64,000 bases of DNA from Candidatus Dormiibacterota bacterium (GTDB lineage Bacteria; Chloroflexota; Dormibacteria; Aeolococcales; Aeolococcaceae), in assembly GCA_963717185.1 (NCBI GenBank), contig CAVQVY010000027.1, positions 2,429 through 66,428 on the forward strand. Direction: 5' to 3'. Below the pieces are notes generated by a model, which saw only the letters and a list, made by a program, of their open reading frames with translations, did not search any database and was not told the DNA's origin. Each line of letters begins with the position of its first letter. Position 1 is the stretch's first letter. Position numbers and translations under genes: made by a program. Shown piece by piece: positions 62,671 through 64,000 of this stretch.

Positions 62671-63332
62671 GCTCGCTCGAGTCCCTCCTCTCCTGGTTCG
62701 GCGTGCGGCCGTTCGCGCGCTCCCGACCGCACCATCGCCGTCCCGGCAACGCCCGCCTGGTGGCGATGTCCGGCCTTGCGCTGCTGGTGTTGCTGCCCTT
62801 CCCCTACGGCACCGCGCTCTCCCTCGACCTGCTCTGGCGGGTGCACTACTTCACCGCGCTGTTGCTCGTCCCACTTCTCGTGGTCAAGCTCGCGGGCACC
62901 GGGTGGCGCGCATTCCGCTACTACGCCGGCGACCGCGAGTACCGCGCCGACGGGCCGCCGCACCCGATGGCACGGGTCAGCGCTCCCATCCTGGTGGCGT
63001 CGACCGCCGTGCTGTTCGGCAGTGGCGTGGTGATGATGCTCGGCGCCGACCGCTTCGGATCGTGGAGCACCATCCACAACGGCGCCGCGATCGTCTTCAC
63101 CGGCGCGTTGGGGTTGCACCTGCTCGCCCACCTCTGGGACGCCCCGGCCGAGGCCGGCGCCGACCTCCAGCGCCGCTCGGCGAGCCCGGCCGCACCGGAT
63201 GCCCGGGGATCACGCCGGCGTGTCGTGGCCACGGTCGCGGCCTTCGTCATCGGCATCGCCGTGGCCACGGTCGCCATGCCCAGCGCGCAATGGACCGCCC
63301 GGCCGGCAGGCTTGCATCACCGCGACGGCTGA
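62667..63332 (+). CDS. Hypothetical membrane protein with four hydrophobic segments carrying conserved-looking His residues
   Basis: 221-aa ORF whose TTG start overlaps the greA stop. Contains WRVHYFTALLLVPLLVV and STIHNGAAIVFTGALGLHLLAHLW. No family assigned with confidence. Confidence 0.45.
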   Translation: MSSLESLLSWFGVRPFARSRPHHRRPGNARLVAMSGLALLVLLPFPYGTALSLDLLWRVHYFTALLLVPLLVVKLAGTGWRAFRYYAGDREYRADGPPHPMARVSAPILVASTAVLFGSGVVMMLGADRFGSWSTIHNGAAIVFTGALGLHLLAHLWDAPAEAGADLQRRSASPAAPDARGSRRRVVATVAAFVIGIAVATVAMPSAQWTARPAGLHHRDG

Positions 63333-63339
63333 CCCGCTG

Positions 63340-64000
63340 TCAGCGGGAGCCGGGACCGCCCTGCGCCTTGGTCGCGTAGCCGGCATATGACACCCGCGTG
63401 TCCCTGGTGACCACGAACCGTGCGCGGCGACCGAGCTCGCCCGGCGTGATCCTGCCATTGCGCAGCTGGCGCATCAGCCGGACCAGTCGCGGCGGCTTCA
63501 CACTGGGACCGATTCCCACGATGTCACCGCCGCGGAGATGATGGCGCCCCAGCACGCTGCGGAGCTCCGCGGGCGTCACGAACTGCTCCCAGGCATGAAG
63601 GTTGGGTGGCATCCACGCCGTCAGGCGCCAGTCCTGGAAGAGCTTGATCATCACCAACCTGCTCATCCAGGTTCGGTTGATGGTGTCGAAGAGGTACACG
63701 CCACCCGGTCGGAGGACGCGAGCGGTCTCCCTGATGACGGCGTCGAGATCGTTGACATGCTCGAGCACGTCGACGCAGCAGGCGATGTCGGCGCTGCCGT
63801 CGGGCAGCGGCAGCTTCTCGCCCGTCCCCTCGCGGTAGTCGATGGCCAGGCCGGCGGCGGCGGCGTGGGCGCGGGCGGTGTCGAGCGAGGGCTGTGACGG
63901 GTCGACGCCGATGACCTGCGCTCCCAGTCGCGCCAGCTCCTCGGCGAACAGCCCGCCGCCGCAGCCGATGTCCACCACCGCCCTGCCGGCGATGTCGACG
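63340..64000 (-). CDS. UbiG-like class I SAM-dependent methyltransferase, 5' end outside the window
   Basis: VVDIGCGGGLFAEELARLGAQVIGVD motif I, ADIACCVDVLEHV and LRPGGVYLFDTINRT. The reading frame stays open to the window edge. Confidence 0.8.
   Translation of the reverse strand, partial: VDIAGRAVVDIGCGGGLFAEELARLGAQVIGVDPSQPSLDTARAHAAAAGLAIDYREGTGEKLPLPDGSADIACCVDVLEHVNDLDAVIRETARVLRPGGVYLFDTINRTWMSRLVMIKLFQDWRLTAWMPPNLHAWEQFVTPAELRSVLGRHHLRGGDIVGIGPSVKPPRLVRLMRQLRNGRITPGELGRRARFVVTRDTRVSYAGYATKAQGGPGSR

Overview
High-GC, actinobacterial-type chromosomal window with about 60 genes. It contains two tRNAs. I saw no rRNA, CRISPR array, transposase or integrase.

Left part (1-17.7 kb):
- A WhiJ/BldB-type triad (XRE regulator, DUF397 protein, HATPase-like protein).
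- A MarR-ABM operon facing an isochorismatase-family gene, followed by an aldo/keto reductase.
- A PTS-dependent dihydroxyacetone kinase operon (dhaK-dhaL-dhaM plus an HPr-enzyme I fusion), followed by glpF-glpK-glpD.
- A lipoprotein, a large secreted GH2 enzyme (exo-beta-D-glucosaminidase-like) and pspA.

Junction at ~17.70 kb: only ~70 nt from the pspA start codon, a complex I operon begins abruptly inside nuoF. The last ~80 codons of nuoF are followed by nuoG-H-I-J-K-L-M-N.

Right part (27.6-64 kb):
- A degraded FAD-binding oxidase remnant, a histidine phosphatase and a methyltransferase.
- Divergent tRNA-Arg(UCU) and tRNA-His(GUG).
- An AidB-like acyl-CoA dehydrogenase, a glycerophosphodiesterase and gltD-gltB.
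- A three-subunit, mycobacterial Sdh1-like succinate dehydrogenase operon.
- A GT87/DUF2029 membrane protein coupled to an LDH-like mdh; nth; a WS/DGAT with a basic tail.
- A permease-aminotransferase-oxidoreductase operon.
- A CBS protein coupled to an unusual CBS-GltD-like-ferredoxin fusion.
- tadA, a 5'-3' exonuclease, two GNATs, a GGDEF-EAL sensor, greA and a UbiG-like methyltransferase cut by the window end.

The dominant anomaly is about 30 single-nucleotide reading-frame breaks in otherwise well-conserved genes, mostly at short G/C runs. The sequence alone cannot tell me whether these are assembly errors or real pseudogenes.

All functional calls come from my own recognition of motifs in the supplied translations. 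No database search was run.
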